Shown in pieces: positions 1 through 9,901 of a stretch of DNA of 64,000 nucleotides. The notes under the pieces are model-generated. The model was not told the origin of the DNA. It saw nothing but the letters and a program-made list of their open reading frames with translations, and ran no database searches. The stretch is from Spirochaetia bacterium (lineage in GTDB: Bacteria > Spirochaetota > Spirochaetia > CAKZLE01). The number at the start of each line of letters is the position of its first letter. Within the stretch, counting starts at the first letter, position 1. A program made the translations under genes and the position numbers. The DNA lies in contig OY782041.1 in assembly GCA_963677595.1 (NCBI GenBank), positions 2,080,001-2,144,000 of the forward strand, read 5' to 3'.

Positions 1-1053
1 TGGGTCCATGTGGCTGATGTATCGGCTGCCGTGACCCCGGGAAGCGAGGCGGACCTGGAAGCAAAGGAGCTCGGGTCCAACCTCTACCTCCCCAACGGGG
101 TGAGGACCATGCTCCACCCTGATGCAGCCGAGATCTTCGGGATGGGACTCAATGAGACCTCCCCGGCATTCTCCTTCGGGATCGTGCTCGATGGGGAGGG
201 GGAGATCACTGATACGCAGGTCTGTCTCTCAACCGTTAAGGTCACGAGGCTGACCTATGGGGAGGCACAGGAGCGGATGGCAGAGCCCGGCCTTGCCTCG
301 ATCTGGGAGTTCGTAGAGCGGTACCGGAAGAGGCGTGCTGCCTCCGGGGCGATCGAGCTCAATATTCCTGAGGTGAAGACCCGGGTCGATGAGGAGGGCA
401 TCGTCTCTATAACCCCGATCGTCCCCCACCAGTCACGGGACCTCGTAGGGAATGCCATGATCATGGCAGGGGAGGCTGCTGCCCTCTTCGCGGTGCAGCA
501 TGAGATCCCCTTCCCCTTTACCGTGCAGATGCCGCCCGATGTCATCCCTGAGCCTGCAGGCACCATCACAGAGATGTTCAAGATGCGGCGGAAGTTCCGC
601 CCGAGCGAGCTGCGGCTCTCCCCGGATGTCCATTCAGGACTCGGGGTGCATGCCTACAGCAGGGTGACCAGCCCGCTGAGGCGGTACCTCGACCTGCTGG
701 CACACCAGCAGCTGAGGGCATACCTCCAAGGGAGTGAACTCCTGGACGAGGAGACGATCCTCGAGCGGGGAAGCATAGCCTTCGAGGGGGCGAAGCAGAT
801 GCAGCGGGTGGAACGCGAGTCCACCAGGCACTGGAAGCTCGTCTACCTCCTGCAGAACCCGGGGTGGACCGGTACGGGTGTCGTCTTCGAGATCCACAAG
901 AAGGACATCTTCCTCTTCATCGAGGAGCTGGCCATGGAGGTCTCGGTCCCGGCGATCCCGGGTGTCGAGCTCGATGAGGAGCTGCAGCTGACACTCGAGC
1001 ACGTGAACATCCCATACAGGACTGCGACCTTCTCGGCAGAACGGAGATCATGA
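1..1053 (+). CDS. RNB-domain exoribonuclease (RNase II/R family), 5'-truncated by window edge
   Basis: Frame is open from base 1 (WVHVADV). RNB motifs HVADV, LYLP...MLHP and HSGLG-x-AYSRVTSPLRRYLDL. Confidence 0.9.
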   Translation, partial: WVHVADVSAAVTPGSEADLEAKELGSNLYLPNGVRTMLHPDAAEIFGMGLNETSPAFSFGIVLDGEGEITDTQVCLSTVKVTRLTYGEAQERMAEPGLASIWEFVERYRKRRAASGAIELNIPEVKTRVDEEGIVSITPIVPHQSRDLVGNAMIMAGEAAALFAVQHEIPFPFTVQMPPDVIPEPAGTITEMFKMRRKFRPSELRLSPDVHSGLGVHAYSRVTSPLRRYLDLLAHQQLRAYLQGSELLDEETILERGSIAFEGAKQMQRVERESTRHWKLVYLLQNPGWTGTGVVFEIHKKDIFLFIEELAMEVSVPAIPGVELDEELQLTLEHVNIPYRTATFSAERRS

Positions 1054-1835
1054 ACACCATAACCGATGAGCAGGTACGCAGCCTGACCGGCTGGTTCGAT
1101 GCCTATACCACAGGCATCCTCGAAGCAGAAGGTGGGGATGAGCATATACAGCTCAAGATCGACCATACGAGAAGGGTCTGTGATGAGATCCTGATGATTG
1201 GCCGATCAGAAAGACTGGATGAGGCTTCATTGAATCTCGCCTATATCATAGCTCTTTTCCATGATATTGGCCGGTTCGACCAGTTCGCTGCCTATAGGAC
1301 ATTCGTAGATAACGATTCAGTCGATCATGCAGCTTACGGGGTCACTGTTCTTAAGAAGGAGCATGTCCTGAATGAGCTGGGAGATGAAGTCAGGGAGACC
1401 ATCTTCACAGCAATAGAACACCATAACAAGGCGTACCTGCCGGACGAATCGGATGAGAACCTGCTCTACCTGAAGCTGGTCCGCGATGCCGACAAGCTCG
1501 ATATTTACAAGGTGGTCACCGACTACTACGGCAGGAGCGAGGCGAGCGAGAACAAGGTCATCCAGCTCGGGCTCCCAGACTCGGAGGAGATCAGTCCTGC
1601 GGTGATAAATGACATAGAGGAGAAGCACATCGTCCTCTCAGCCCACCTGCAGAACCTCAACGACTTCAAGCTGCTGCAGGCAGCCTGGGTATTCGACTGC
1701 AACTTCACGGCAACCTACCAGGCGATCCGGGAGAGAGGGTACCTGGGGCTCATAGCGTCACACCTGCCGAAGACGGAGCAGGTGAGGGGGATATTCCAAT
1801 CCCTTGATGCCTATCTGGAAGAACGATGTGATTGA
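1050..1835 (+). CDS. HD-domain metal-dependent phosphohydrolase
   Basis: H...HD...HH...D pattern (DHTRRV, FHDIGRF, EHHNK, RDADKLD). ATGA overlap with the RNB gene. Confidence 0.85.
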   Translation: MNTITDEQVRSLTGWFDAYTTGILEAEGGDEHIQLKIDHTRRVCDEILMIGRSERLDEASLNLAYIIALFHDIGRFDQFAAYRTFVDNDSVDHAAYGVTVLKKEHVLNELGDEVRETIFTAIEHHNKAYLPDESDENLLYLKLVRDADKLDIYKVVTDYYGRSEASENKVIQLGLPDSEEISPAVINDIEEKHIVLSAHLQNLNDFKLLQAAWVFDCNFTATYQAIRERGYLGLIASHLPKTEQVRGIFQSLDAYLEERCD

Positions 1836-1938
1836 GGGACAGCTTCCTCTTCCCTGTTCATGATCCGCTTTCTCATGCACATACAGAGATCGGGAATAAA
1901 CCCTCCTCAGGGATATGTGAGGAGGGTATCCCTGGTGA

Positions 1939-4758
1939 TCACGGAATAGCCTCCCATGCATCGATGTTCGCAGTCTCATCGGAGGATCCGATGATGACTT
2001 CCGTAGTATCGAGGAGTGTGTCATCAGCGCTGTTGATTCCTGGTGATGTCTTGTCTCCGGAGGATATGCTGCTGCTGGAATCCAGGTCTGCGATCACGCA
2101 GAGATGATAGGTCCCTGCTGCGATATCCTTGATCTCATAGGCTGCAGTATTGCCTGCTGTGGTTACGACCACACTGTACGCAGGGTGTATGTCAGCATTC
2201 ATCGATACCGTTTCAGAGGTGAACAGGCCGACGAATACCGGTGTATCGTCAGGAGCTGTCAGCGAGATCAATCCAGAGAGTGTTTTGCCGGGTTCCGTGA
2301 ATGTATAGGTCCCGGAGACGGGAGCCGATGCATCCCTGTACACACCGGTCCTTGTCCCTCCTGGTTCTGATCCTTCTCCGTAATCCACGATCTCATCGAA
2401 GGCCACTGCAGTCACCGTTGTCGTATCTCCATATGCGATAGGGAACGTACTTCCAGACCACTCTGTCGTTGTCCCAGCATCATCGATCACCGGCAGGCCA
2501 TCCACTAGGGATACCGCAGGCTCAGACCCGTCAAGGGTGTAGTAGACCTTCATATAGGTGGAACCTTCCTGCTCCTGGAAGGATACCTGTAATCCATCAT
2601 CGAACGGGCTGTCAAGGGGAGCCGGCTGCAGTTTCGGGGGATAGGAGTAGATGCTATAGTATGTGAGGTTATTGGCAACGATCTCGAACCGGGTCAGGCT
2701 GAACCGTATATCAGTCTCAAGCCGGTGATTGTCGGTGCCCTGACCATAGAAACCACGTTGGAGCGGGAACATCTCATCAGTATCGCCCCAGTACATATAG
2801 TCCCCGTCAGAACCTTCTGTTTGCGGGATGAATGAGAGGAAACGGCGGTCGAACTCAAGAGCAGTTACTTCAGATACATCGTCAGTACTTCTCCCAAGGC
2901 AGTCCTCACCCATGCGCATCTCCACATCCATGATTAGCTCGATCTGCACTTCTAGGATCTTGTCAGCGAAGTAGTTCGGATCGTCCTCATTCTCCGGGGG
3001 GTCATAGGAATAGGGTGTTGGGCCGTTATCAGGTGCCCAGCGATTACCCAGGACGCAGAGACGGCCTTTTGCCATATCGAACATAGTCGGGGCTACAGGG
3101 ATTTCAATGAATCCACCAGCCTCAATCTTGCCTTGGTACTTACATGGGCTGTCGTCATAGACATTGCTGATGAGTCCGGAGTCATAGGCATATACCCCAA
3201 AGTTGTCGGTCATATTCGGTCTGGAGATGATCAGGTCAGAAGCTAATCTCGATGTCTCATAGATGAATGTGGACATGTCCTCAGCCCCGAGATGGTAGTC
3301 CTCCTCATGGTAGACCATATTCACCTCAGCAGTCCTGCCTGTATTGTCCACCCCGCCTCTGATGTTTGCCGTGTTCGTCGTATCACCAAGGGTGATCGGG
3401 GTGCTGTCGATCGGGTTCCCGTCATCATCCAGGTCGTATACCCCGTACCCTCCAGGGTTGTTTTCCTTCGTTGGTTCACCATCACCTGTATAATTGAAAG
3501 TTGTTCCAGCATAGTCAGCCTCACAGATATAGGGAGTAAGGAATTGGACATTCTCCTGATCCCAGCCGTTCATCATGGTGCCAGGTATCGTCAGGTACAT
3601 GCTGGATGTTTCAGGATTACTTGGGCGTTTATCACCATTAGTCAGTATTTGCCCTCCGCCCCAGCTTCCTTGTTCCGTAGATGCCATGAAGCAAGGGATG
3701 GATACACTGCTGAAGTAATCCGTGAACTCGTATAAGCCATCATAGGGATGCCAGTTCCAATCTGTATTCCCAGAGTTCCCCTCTGCAGGATCATCGGGAG
3801 CCCAGACCTGGGCATAACCATTAGGAGCAACGGTATACGGGGTTACCGACGGGACTGCTGTCCCGTCGGTAATGTCAGTTCCACTGCTGTCCTTGGGACC
3901 ATCGCCATGTTTGAGGTAGATCCATTTCCAGTCGGACTCGTCGTTCTCTTTGACGCCCAGGTCCCCAGCAATGAAAGGGGGAGTATCATACGGCGGGGCA
4001 TCGTTGAAGTACATCCGTACCGAACCGTAATCCTCGAAGTAGGCTTCAAGGTAGACGAGTTCATAGGCTATACCGGTATAGGTGGTGCCTGGTGTCGGCA
4101 TCTGGTCAACCGTCAGGGAGAATGAGTCCTGGGATAGATCGAACCGCTGGACCGTATCATCGGCACTGCCGTCAAAGAGTACGAAAGCCCCTGCTGTCAC
4201 GTCATCGGTATCCATCGGGGTCCTGGTATCATCCACATAGCCGATGAAGGTGACCTGACTGTCCTCGGTAACAGCCGCGTCGGGATAATGGGAAGTGTTG
4301 ATTCCGGGGAACTGGCTCATGACCCCATCCCCGAAGTACTCATCAAGGTCTTCATCAGCCCAGGGCATGCAGTCAAGACCGGTATGGTAATAATCGCTAT
4401 CGCTGGAGATCCCCCTCCCGTAGAAGTTATGATCGGCCATGTCAAGAACCACTTCATCGGGGATCAGTGCGATATAACTGTATGCAGCATAGAGCCCGTC
4501 CGGGGTGATCCTGTGATCTCCAGCATCTATATCGATCCCCCGGGACCGGGACCTGTCTGCCAGCTGAGTCTCATCACTTACCTTAAGAGAAGATCCCTCG
4601 ACGTCCAGGTCTTCAGGATCCGACCAGGAGAAATCAGGGTTATCATTCCCATCATCATACGGGTCATCTGTCCCATTCGGACAGCCTGTATAGAGGAAGA
4701 GTACCAGTACGATACTTATGAGCATGAATACTACGTTTTGGATTGACTTTCTATTCAT
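1939..4758 (-). CDS. Large acidic lipoprotein, function unknown; C-terminal Fn3-associated/chitobiase-C-like module and Ig-like tail
   Basis: 939-aa ORF, signal peptide with lipobox LYTGC, Asp-rich. YYTLDGSEP motif. C-terminal GTYHLCVIADLDSSSSISSGD. Confidence 0.7.
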   Translation of the reverse strand: MNRKSIQNVVFMLISIVLVLFLYTGCPNGTDDPYDDGNDNPDFSWSDPEDLDVEGSSLKVSDETQLADRSRSRGIDIDAGDHRITPDGLYAAYSYIALIPDEVVLDMADHNFYGRGISSDSDYYHTGLDCMPWADEDLDEYFGDGVMSQFPGINTSHYPDAAVTEDSQVTFIGYVDDTRTPMDTDDVTAGAFVLFDGSADDTVQRFDLSQDSFSLTVDQMPTPGTTYTGIAYELVYLEAYFEDYGSVRMYFNDAPPYDTPPFIAGDLGVKENDESDWKWIYLKHGDGPKDSSGTDITDGTAVPSVTPYTVAPNGYAQVWAPDDPAEGNSGNTDWNWHPYDGLYEFTDYFSSVSIPCFMASTEQGSWGGGQILTNGDKRPSNPETSSMYLTIPGTMMNGWDQENVQFLTPYICEADYAGTTFNYTGDGEPTKENNPGGYGVYDLDDDGNPIDSTPITLGDTTNTANIRGGVDNTGRTAEVNMVYHEEDYHLGAEDMSTFIYETSRLASDLIISRPNMTDNFGVYAYDSGLISNVYDDSPCKYQGKIEAGGFIEIPVAPTMFDMAKGRLCVLGNRWAPDNGPTPYSYDPPENEDDPNYFADKILEVQIELIMDVEMRMGEDCLGRSTDDVSEVTALEFDRRFLSFIPQTEGSDGDYMYWGDTDEMFPLQRGFYGQGTDNHRLETDIRFSLTRFEIVANNLTYYSIYSYPPKLQPAPLDSPFDDGLQVSFQEQEGSTYMKVYYTLDGSEPAVSLVDGLPVIDDAGTTTEWSGSTFPIAYGDTTTVTAVAFDEIVDYGEGSEPGGTRTGVYRDASAPVSGTYTFTEPGKTLSGLISLTAPDDTPVFVGLFTSETVSMNADIHPAYSVVVTTAGNTAAYEIKDIAAGTYHLCVIADLDSSSSISSGDKTSPGINSADDTLLDTTEVIIGSSDETANIDAWEAIP

Positions 4759-4910
4759 CGTGAATCCCCCATGTGCAAAGGATGGCAGGGGACCTGAGCA
4801 CTGGAGAATCAGTATCGGGGGGAAGCCGGCTGCATTCCTACCTTTACATAGTGTATCACAGGGAAGGTGAGGATGACAGGTTGAGAAAGGAATTTTGCAT
4901 ATGCTATCTG

Positions 4911-6158
4911 TTACTTGCTCTCTTCGACGGCCAGGTAGGATTCCCGTTCCTCCAGGTGGTCTGCCTTGGTAAGCAGCCTGTCCTTCGTGAGCGATATCAG
5001 AGCCGACCCGATCGGGGCGGTGATGATGATGCTCATGACTGCTACCGCGAGGATGACCATGCCTGCTTTGGTGTCCATGCCGTTGGCCTGCATGGCGATA
5101 AGCGGGTAGGAGCCGATGGCGGCCTGGACCGTGGCCTTAGGGAGGTAGGAGAGGGTGATGAAGAGCTTCTCCTTCCTGTTGAAGCTGCTTTTCAGCAGGC
5201 AGAACTGCACACCGATGGACCTTCCGATCAGCCCGATCCCGATGACCGCGATACCGTTCAGCCCGGCATCGATCGCCGTGGGGATGTCGACCTCGGCGCC
5301 GATGAGTGCGAAGAGGAGGATCTGCGCGAAGACCCAGACCTTGCCGAGTTTCGATGAGATCTCATGGGCCATGTGTTCGTTCTTCTCGAGGATGAAGAAC
5401 CCGATCGCCATGATCGCGAGCAGTGCTGAGAACGGCAGGAGCGTATTCACCTCGTCCTGGAAGGAGAGCAGCATGATGGCGATCCCCATGACGATGAGGG
5501 CCCGTTTCGTTGCCCTTGGGTCGAGCTTCCTGAAGAGCCAGTAGCAGGCGAACCCGATGGCGGTGCCGACGGCAGCACCGGTGAGTACCGATATTGGGAC
5601 TGAGAGGATGTTCCCTGCCAGGTTCACCGAATCCCCGACATAGATGCCGATGAAGGAGGTGCACAAGACGATAGCGATCGCATCGTCGAAGGAAGCCCCG
5701 GCAAGGACGAGGGTCGGGACCCCGGAGTCGACACCGAGCCCCTCCTCGATCGTCTCGATCATGTGGGGGACGATGACGGCAGGGGAGACCGCACCGAGGA
5801 CGCTGCCGAGCATGGCCGCCTCCATGGTGGTGATGCCGAGGAGCTTGGGGGCGAAGAGGGTGATGATCGTGATCTCGCTGATGCAGGGGATGAATCCCAT
5901 GAGCAGGGCCCTGAACCCCACCTTCTGCAGGGCCTTCCGGCTCAGCTCGAAGCCGGCACGGAGGATGATGACCACCAGCGCAATCATCCTGAGGTCTGTG
6001 GAGACCAGGACGATCTCATCGGTGAGCATACCGAGGGCATAGGGACCAAGGACCATGCCGGTGAAGAGGAGGCCGATAAGCCCCGGCAGGTGAATCTTCT
6101 CAAAGAGCCAGCTGATAAGTAATCCGATCAAAACGAGTTCCGCGATGCCGAATGCCAT
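4911..6158 (-). CDS. Cation:proton antiporter (CPA1, NhaP/NHA-like)
   Basis: About 12-13 TM segments; motifs ILRAG, AVSPAVIVP, ASFDD, PKATVQAA. Start moved to MAFGIAE, which follows GAGGAG. Confidence 0.9.
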   Translation of the reverse strand: MAFGIAELVLIGLLISWLFEKIHLPGLIGLLFTGMVLGPYALGMLTDEIVLVSTDLRMIALVVIILRAGFELSRKALQKVGFRALLMGFIPCISEITIITLFAPKLLGITTMEAAMLGSVLGAVSPAVIVPHMIETIEEGLGVDSGVPTLVLAGASFDDAIAIVLCTSFIGIYVGDSVNLAGNILSVPISVLTGAAVGTAIGFACYWLFRKLDPRATKRALIVMGIAIMLLSFQDEVNTLLPFSALLAIMAIGFFILEKNEHMAHEISSKLGKVWVFAQILLFALIGAEVDIPTAIDAGLNGIAVIGIGLIGRSIGVQFCLLKSSFNRKEKLFITLSYLPKATVQAAIGSYPLIAMQANGMDTKAGMVILAVAVMSIIITAPIGSALISLTKDRLLTKADHLEERESYLAVEESK

Positions 6159-6308
6159 ACTCCATCTCCTCATCCCCCATCCTAGCGGAATGGCAGAGAA
6201 CGTGTCAATGACTGCCATGAGCTGGGAAAATATCTCATTCTGTACATGTCATTAAAAGTGACATATGCTATACTTATCCCATTAGTTTTGAAGTGCAGGC
6301 TGGAATTC

Positions 6309-7241
6309 ATGAAAAAGTTATTAACCGTTAGCCTATTTCTCATAACCTCTCTGGTACTCTACAGTGTGGAGCAGACTCTGATCATCAATGAGGTAGCCTC
6401 GACAGGCCCCTATGAGTTCATAGAGCTCTATAATTCTGGGAACACCCCGCTCGAGCTCGATGAGCGATGGAGCCTTATCGATTCAAAAGAGGGTATAGCC
6501 GATGGGGATAAGCCGATACAGATCCCCGACGGGACGATCCTGGAGGCTGGCGGCTACCTCGTCATAGCCCCGTACAAGGCTCAGCTGCTCTCCAAGGCGG
6601 TCCCGGAGAACATACCCGAGGGAGTCCTTGCGATAGAATCGTTCAAGCTCGGCTCTCTTGATGAGGTGACGCTCCGGTTCAACGGTACGGTGATCGATAC
6701 CGTCTCCTGGGAGACGAGCGTGAACACGATTGGCCGGGACCCGGAGGATCCGGAGAACTTCATATCGGGGATCCTAATTCCGACCCCGGGCGAGAAGAAC
6801 AGGAGGGATCTGGTAAACCAGGGGAAGACCCTGATCATGATCAACGAGGTCTGCTCCAAGGGGATCGATTTCGTCGAGCTCTATAACGGCAGCAGTGCCG
6901 ACTACACCTTCACCGAAGGGGACTGGGAAGTTCATGACAGCAGGAGGGTAGACCGGTTCACCATCCCTGCGGGGACGGTGATCAAGGCAGGGGAATACCT
7001 GGTACTGTATCCAGACCTCCTGCGGCTGCCGCTGTCAGCCCCGAAGGGTTCGCTTGCCTCGACGGAAGGGAGCCGGTTCGGGTTCAGCGAACGTGATACC
7101 GTTTATCTCCGGTATAAGGATGTGATCGCCGACATGACGAGCTGGACGATGCACGTGACGAGCAAGGGGCGATACCCCGACGGTGCGGATACATGGGATG
7201 ATGACCTGGTAATGACTCCGGGAAGGGTAAACAGGGACTGA
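6309..7241 (+). CDS. Secreted protein with two lamin-tail domains
   Basis: Signal peptide MKKLL...; two repeats of INEV..(E/D)F(I/V)ELYN...GR.P....TPG..N. Confidence 0.8.
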   Translation: MKKLLTVSLFLITSLVLYSVEQTLIINEVASTGPYEFIELYNSGNTPLELDERWSLIDSKEGIADGDKPIQIPDGTILEAGGYLVIAPYKAQLLSKAVPENIPEGVLAIESFKLGSLDEVTLRFNGTVIDTVSWETSVNTIGRDPEDPENFISGILIPTPGEKNRRDLVNQGKTLIMINEVCSKGIDFVELYNGSSADYTFTEGDWEVHDSRRVDRFTIPAGTVIKAGEYLVLYPDLLRLPLSAPKGSLASTEGSRFGFSERDTVYLRYKDVIADMTSWTMHVTSKGRYPDGADTWDDDLVMTPGRVNRD

Positions 7242-7243
7242 GT

Positions 7244-9901
7244 ATGCGAAATAAGACTATATTCACCATAGTGCTGACCCTTATCAGTCTCTCATTCCTC
7301 ACCGGCTGTGCCACGATGGAAGAGGAGAAACAGCTGCCAGCCTACACCCCAGAACGGTTCGCCTCGGTGGTCACCAGCCGTACTGCTGCCGTAAAGGAAG
7401 TCGAGCCTCCCACGGTGGTGATCAATGAGGTCTCCCTCTGGAACCACTCGGAGTATGAAGCGCTCGATGGGGAGTTCCCCCACTGGCTGGAACTCAAGAA
7501 CTATTCAGATGTCCCCCAGCAGCTCGAGGGGTGGAAGCTCATCCTCCATGATCAGGACGGGACGGAGTTGAAGTTCCCGGCCTTCCCGGCAGTGGAACTA
7601 AAACCCGGCGGGATCAGGATGATCGTTTTCGTCCCCAAGCTCTCATCGCTGCCGGTCAGGGGAGCCATACGGTTCGGGGCAGACCTCCCTGACACGACTG
7701 CTTCGATCGAGCTGGTCGACGGTACTGGAGTGCAGGTCGACCTCTTCACGATCCTGCCGGGGAAACCCTATGACTGGTATGCACCGATCGAACGGGACTA
7801 CTCCCAGCTGCGTGATGCCCGTCTCCTGAGTGAGGTGCGGATCGGGACGGTCGCTACCCCGGGAATCGAGAACGATAGCGTCATCTCAGGGCCGGGATTC
7901 ACTGCAGACTCAGGCTTCTACCCCGAGATGGTCAATCTGGAGTTCGATACCGAACGGCTTCCCGAGGGGTATCAGATACGGTACACGATCAACGACGGTC
8001 TTGTTTGGGATGATGACATCTACTATGGGAAACGGGACTGGGATTACCCGACCATGGCCAGCGGGATCGAGTATACCGGCCCGGTCACATTGACGGAGAC
8101 ATCAGTAGTGAAGGCAAGGGTCTACTCCCCGACCGGCGCCTGCGGCCCGATGGAGATGAAGAGTTTTTTCGTAGGAGAGGAGACATCGCTGCCGATCGTC
8201 TCATTGACCACCGACCCGGCTGACCTGTGGGATGATGTAGAAGGAATCTATACTGCCGGAACTGATCCGGATGCGCCGAATTATGCAGAGAAGGCCTTCC
8301 GCCAGGTTCATTTCGAATACTTCGGTACTAATACCGCAGCTTCCCCGCTAATTGACGAAGATTATATTTTCAGGATCTATGGTCTCTCCTCACGGGGGTA
8401 TCCTCAGAAATCGATGGCGTTCTATGCGAAGGAGCCGGGGACCACGGACCGGATCCCGAATGAGTTCTTCCACACAGGATCGGCGAAGGATATAGAGTCC
8501 TTCTATTCGATCGTCCTGCGTAACTCGGGCGGTGATAACCCGAGGACGATGTTCCGGGATGCCATGGCAACCGATCTTGCTACCGGGTACGATCTCGAGA
8601 AGCAGGATTACTCACCGATGATCCTCTTCATCAACGGTCAGTACTGGGGGATCTACAACATCCGGGAGAAGATCAACGAGTACTTCATCGAGGACAATAC
8701 CGGGGTAGACCCGAAGGGTATAGACCTCATCGAAGGGTCATACCGTGATTCCATGGAGGTGAAGGAGGGCTCCTTCGATGCCCTTGATGAACTGCTGAAC
8801 CTGACACGGACGGTAGACCCCAAGTTCGCTGTCACCTACAGGATGTATGAGGAGCTCGTCGATATCGATAACTTCATTGATTATGTCATCTTCCAGGTGT
8901 TCATAAACAACGGGGACTGGCCCTGGAGCAACACGAAGATGTGGAGGCCGAGGACAGAGGATGGGAAGTGGCGATTCATCATGTTCGATACTGATGAGAG
9001 CATGGATACCGAGGAGTACAACACCCAGTTCTTCCCTGATGAAGGCTACCCCAAAGGCCGACCTGACTTCGATATGATCTCGTATGTCTACTCAGAGGAG
9101 AACAGCTCGATCGTCAGCAAGCTCTTCAGGCAGCTGATGAGGAATGAGGAGTTCCATGAGAGATTCATCAGCCGCTTCGCCTATTTGCTCGATACGCATC
9201 TCACTGCGGAGATGCTCCAGGGGAAGGTGGATAACCATGTCTCCCTCATCCGGGCAGAGATGCCGCGGCATACAGAACGATGGACATTCACAGATGAGGT
9301 AACCGGTGAAAGTTCATATAAGACCATGGAGATCTGGGAGCATGAGGTCCAGGTGGTCAGGGACTTCTCTGACCAGAGGGGCGGGTATATAACACAGTAC
9401 CTCTCTGATTTTTCCGAACGTGTGCAGCCGTATGAGCAAGTCCTGCTGGCTAATGGTGACTTCGAGGATGAGGATCTCTCGATGTGGAATATGGTCTGGT
9501 CAGAGGATATGGTACACAGCGAGGTCATCGAGGTTGACGGTTCGAGAGTAGGGTACCTGAAGGTCCTGGAGGGCGGTGAGAACCCCTGGGACGCTGTTGC
9601 CTATGTCTATGATGATATCATGGTCGAGGGTGAGGAGCAGCTGAGGCTCTCCTTTGACATGAAGGTCGGCAATAAGCTCAAGGGTGATGAGCTCGTCCGT
9701 GTGATCCTCCTGGAGTCAGACTCCTATGAGACCATCGCAGTGAAGGATTTCTCTCCTACCCAGAAGTGGGATACGTTCCGGATGACCTTCACCTATGAGC
9801 ATCCCACGATCTTCACCGGCCGGCTGCAGTTCCGGATAGGGAACCTGGGGACCGGACAGGAAGTCTTCCTTGATAACATAACGCTTGAAGAAGTGGAGTG
9901 A
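7244..9901 (+). CDS. CotH-family kinase lipoprotein (lamin-tail + Fn3-associated + CotH + C-terminal CBM4/9-like domain)
   Basis: Lipobox LTGC; INEV..WLELKN; RYTINDG. CotH motifs SSRGYPQKS, LRNSGGD, FINGQYWGIYNIREK, NGDWPWSN, KWRFIMFDTD. Tail LANGDFE...VFLDNITL. Confidence 0.88.
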   Translation: MRNKTIFTIVLTLISLSFLTGCATMEEEKQLPAYTPERFASVVTSRTAAVKEVEPPTVVINEVSLWNHSEYEALDGEFPHWLELKNYSDVPQQLEGWKLILHDQDGTELKFPAFPAVELKPGGIRMIVFVPKLSSLPVRGAIRFGADLPDTTASIELVDGTGVQVDLFTILPGKPYDWYAPIERDYSQLRDARLLSEVRIGTVATPGIENDSVISGPGFTADSGFYPEMVNLEFDTERLPEGYQIRYTINDGLVWDDDIYYGKRDWDYPTMASGIEYTGPVTLTETSVVKARVYSPTGACGPMEMKSFFVGEETSLPIVSLTTDPADLWDDVEGIYTAGTDPDAPNYAEKAFRQVHFEYFGTNTAASPLIDEDYIFRIYGLSSRGYPQKSMAFYAKEPGTTDRIPNEFFHTGSAKDIESFYSIVLRNSGGDNPRTMFRDAMATDLATGYDLEKQDYSPMILFINGQYWGIYNIREKINEYFIEDNTGVDPKGIDLIEGSYRDSMEVKEGSFDALDELLNLTRTVDPKFAVTYRMYEELVDIDNFIDYVIFQVFINNGDWPWSNTKMWRPRTEDGKWRFIMFDTDESMDTEEYNTQFFPDEGYPKGRPDFDMISYVYSEENSSIVSKLFRQLMRNEEFHERFISRFAYLLDTHLTAEMLQGKVDNHVSLIRAEMPRHTERWTFTDEVTGESSYKTMEIWEHEVQVVRDFSDQRGGYITQYLSDFSERVQPYEQVLLANGDFEDEDLSMWNMVWSEDMVHSEVIEVDGSRVGYLKVLEGGENPWDAVAYVYDDIMVEGEEQLRLSFDMKVGNKLKGDELVRVILLESDSYETIAVKDFSPTQKWDTFRMTFTYEHPTIFTGRLQFRIGNLGTGQEVFLDNITLEEVE

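Noticed and set aside
4759-4850. Possible structured leader of the 939-aa lipoprotein
   Set aside because: Only weak pairing; no recognisable RNA motif.
6260-6270. Partial TAGCATATG copy upstream of the lamin-tail operon
   Set aside because: Coincides with an extended -10 (TGCTATACT) and breaks the palindrome.
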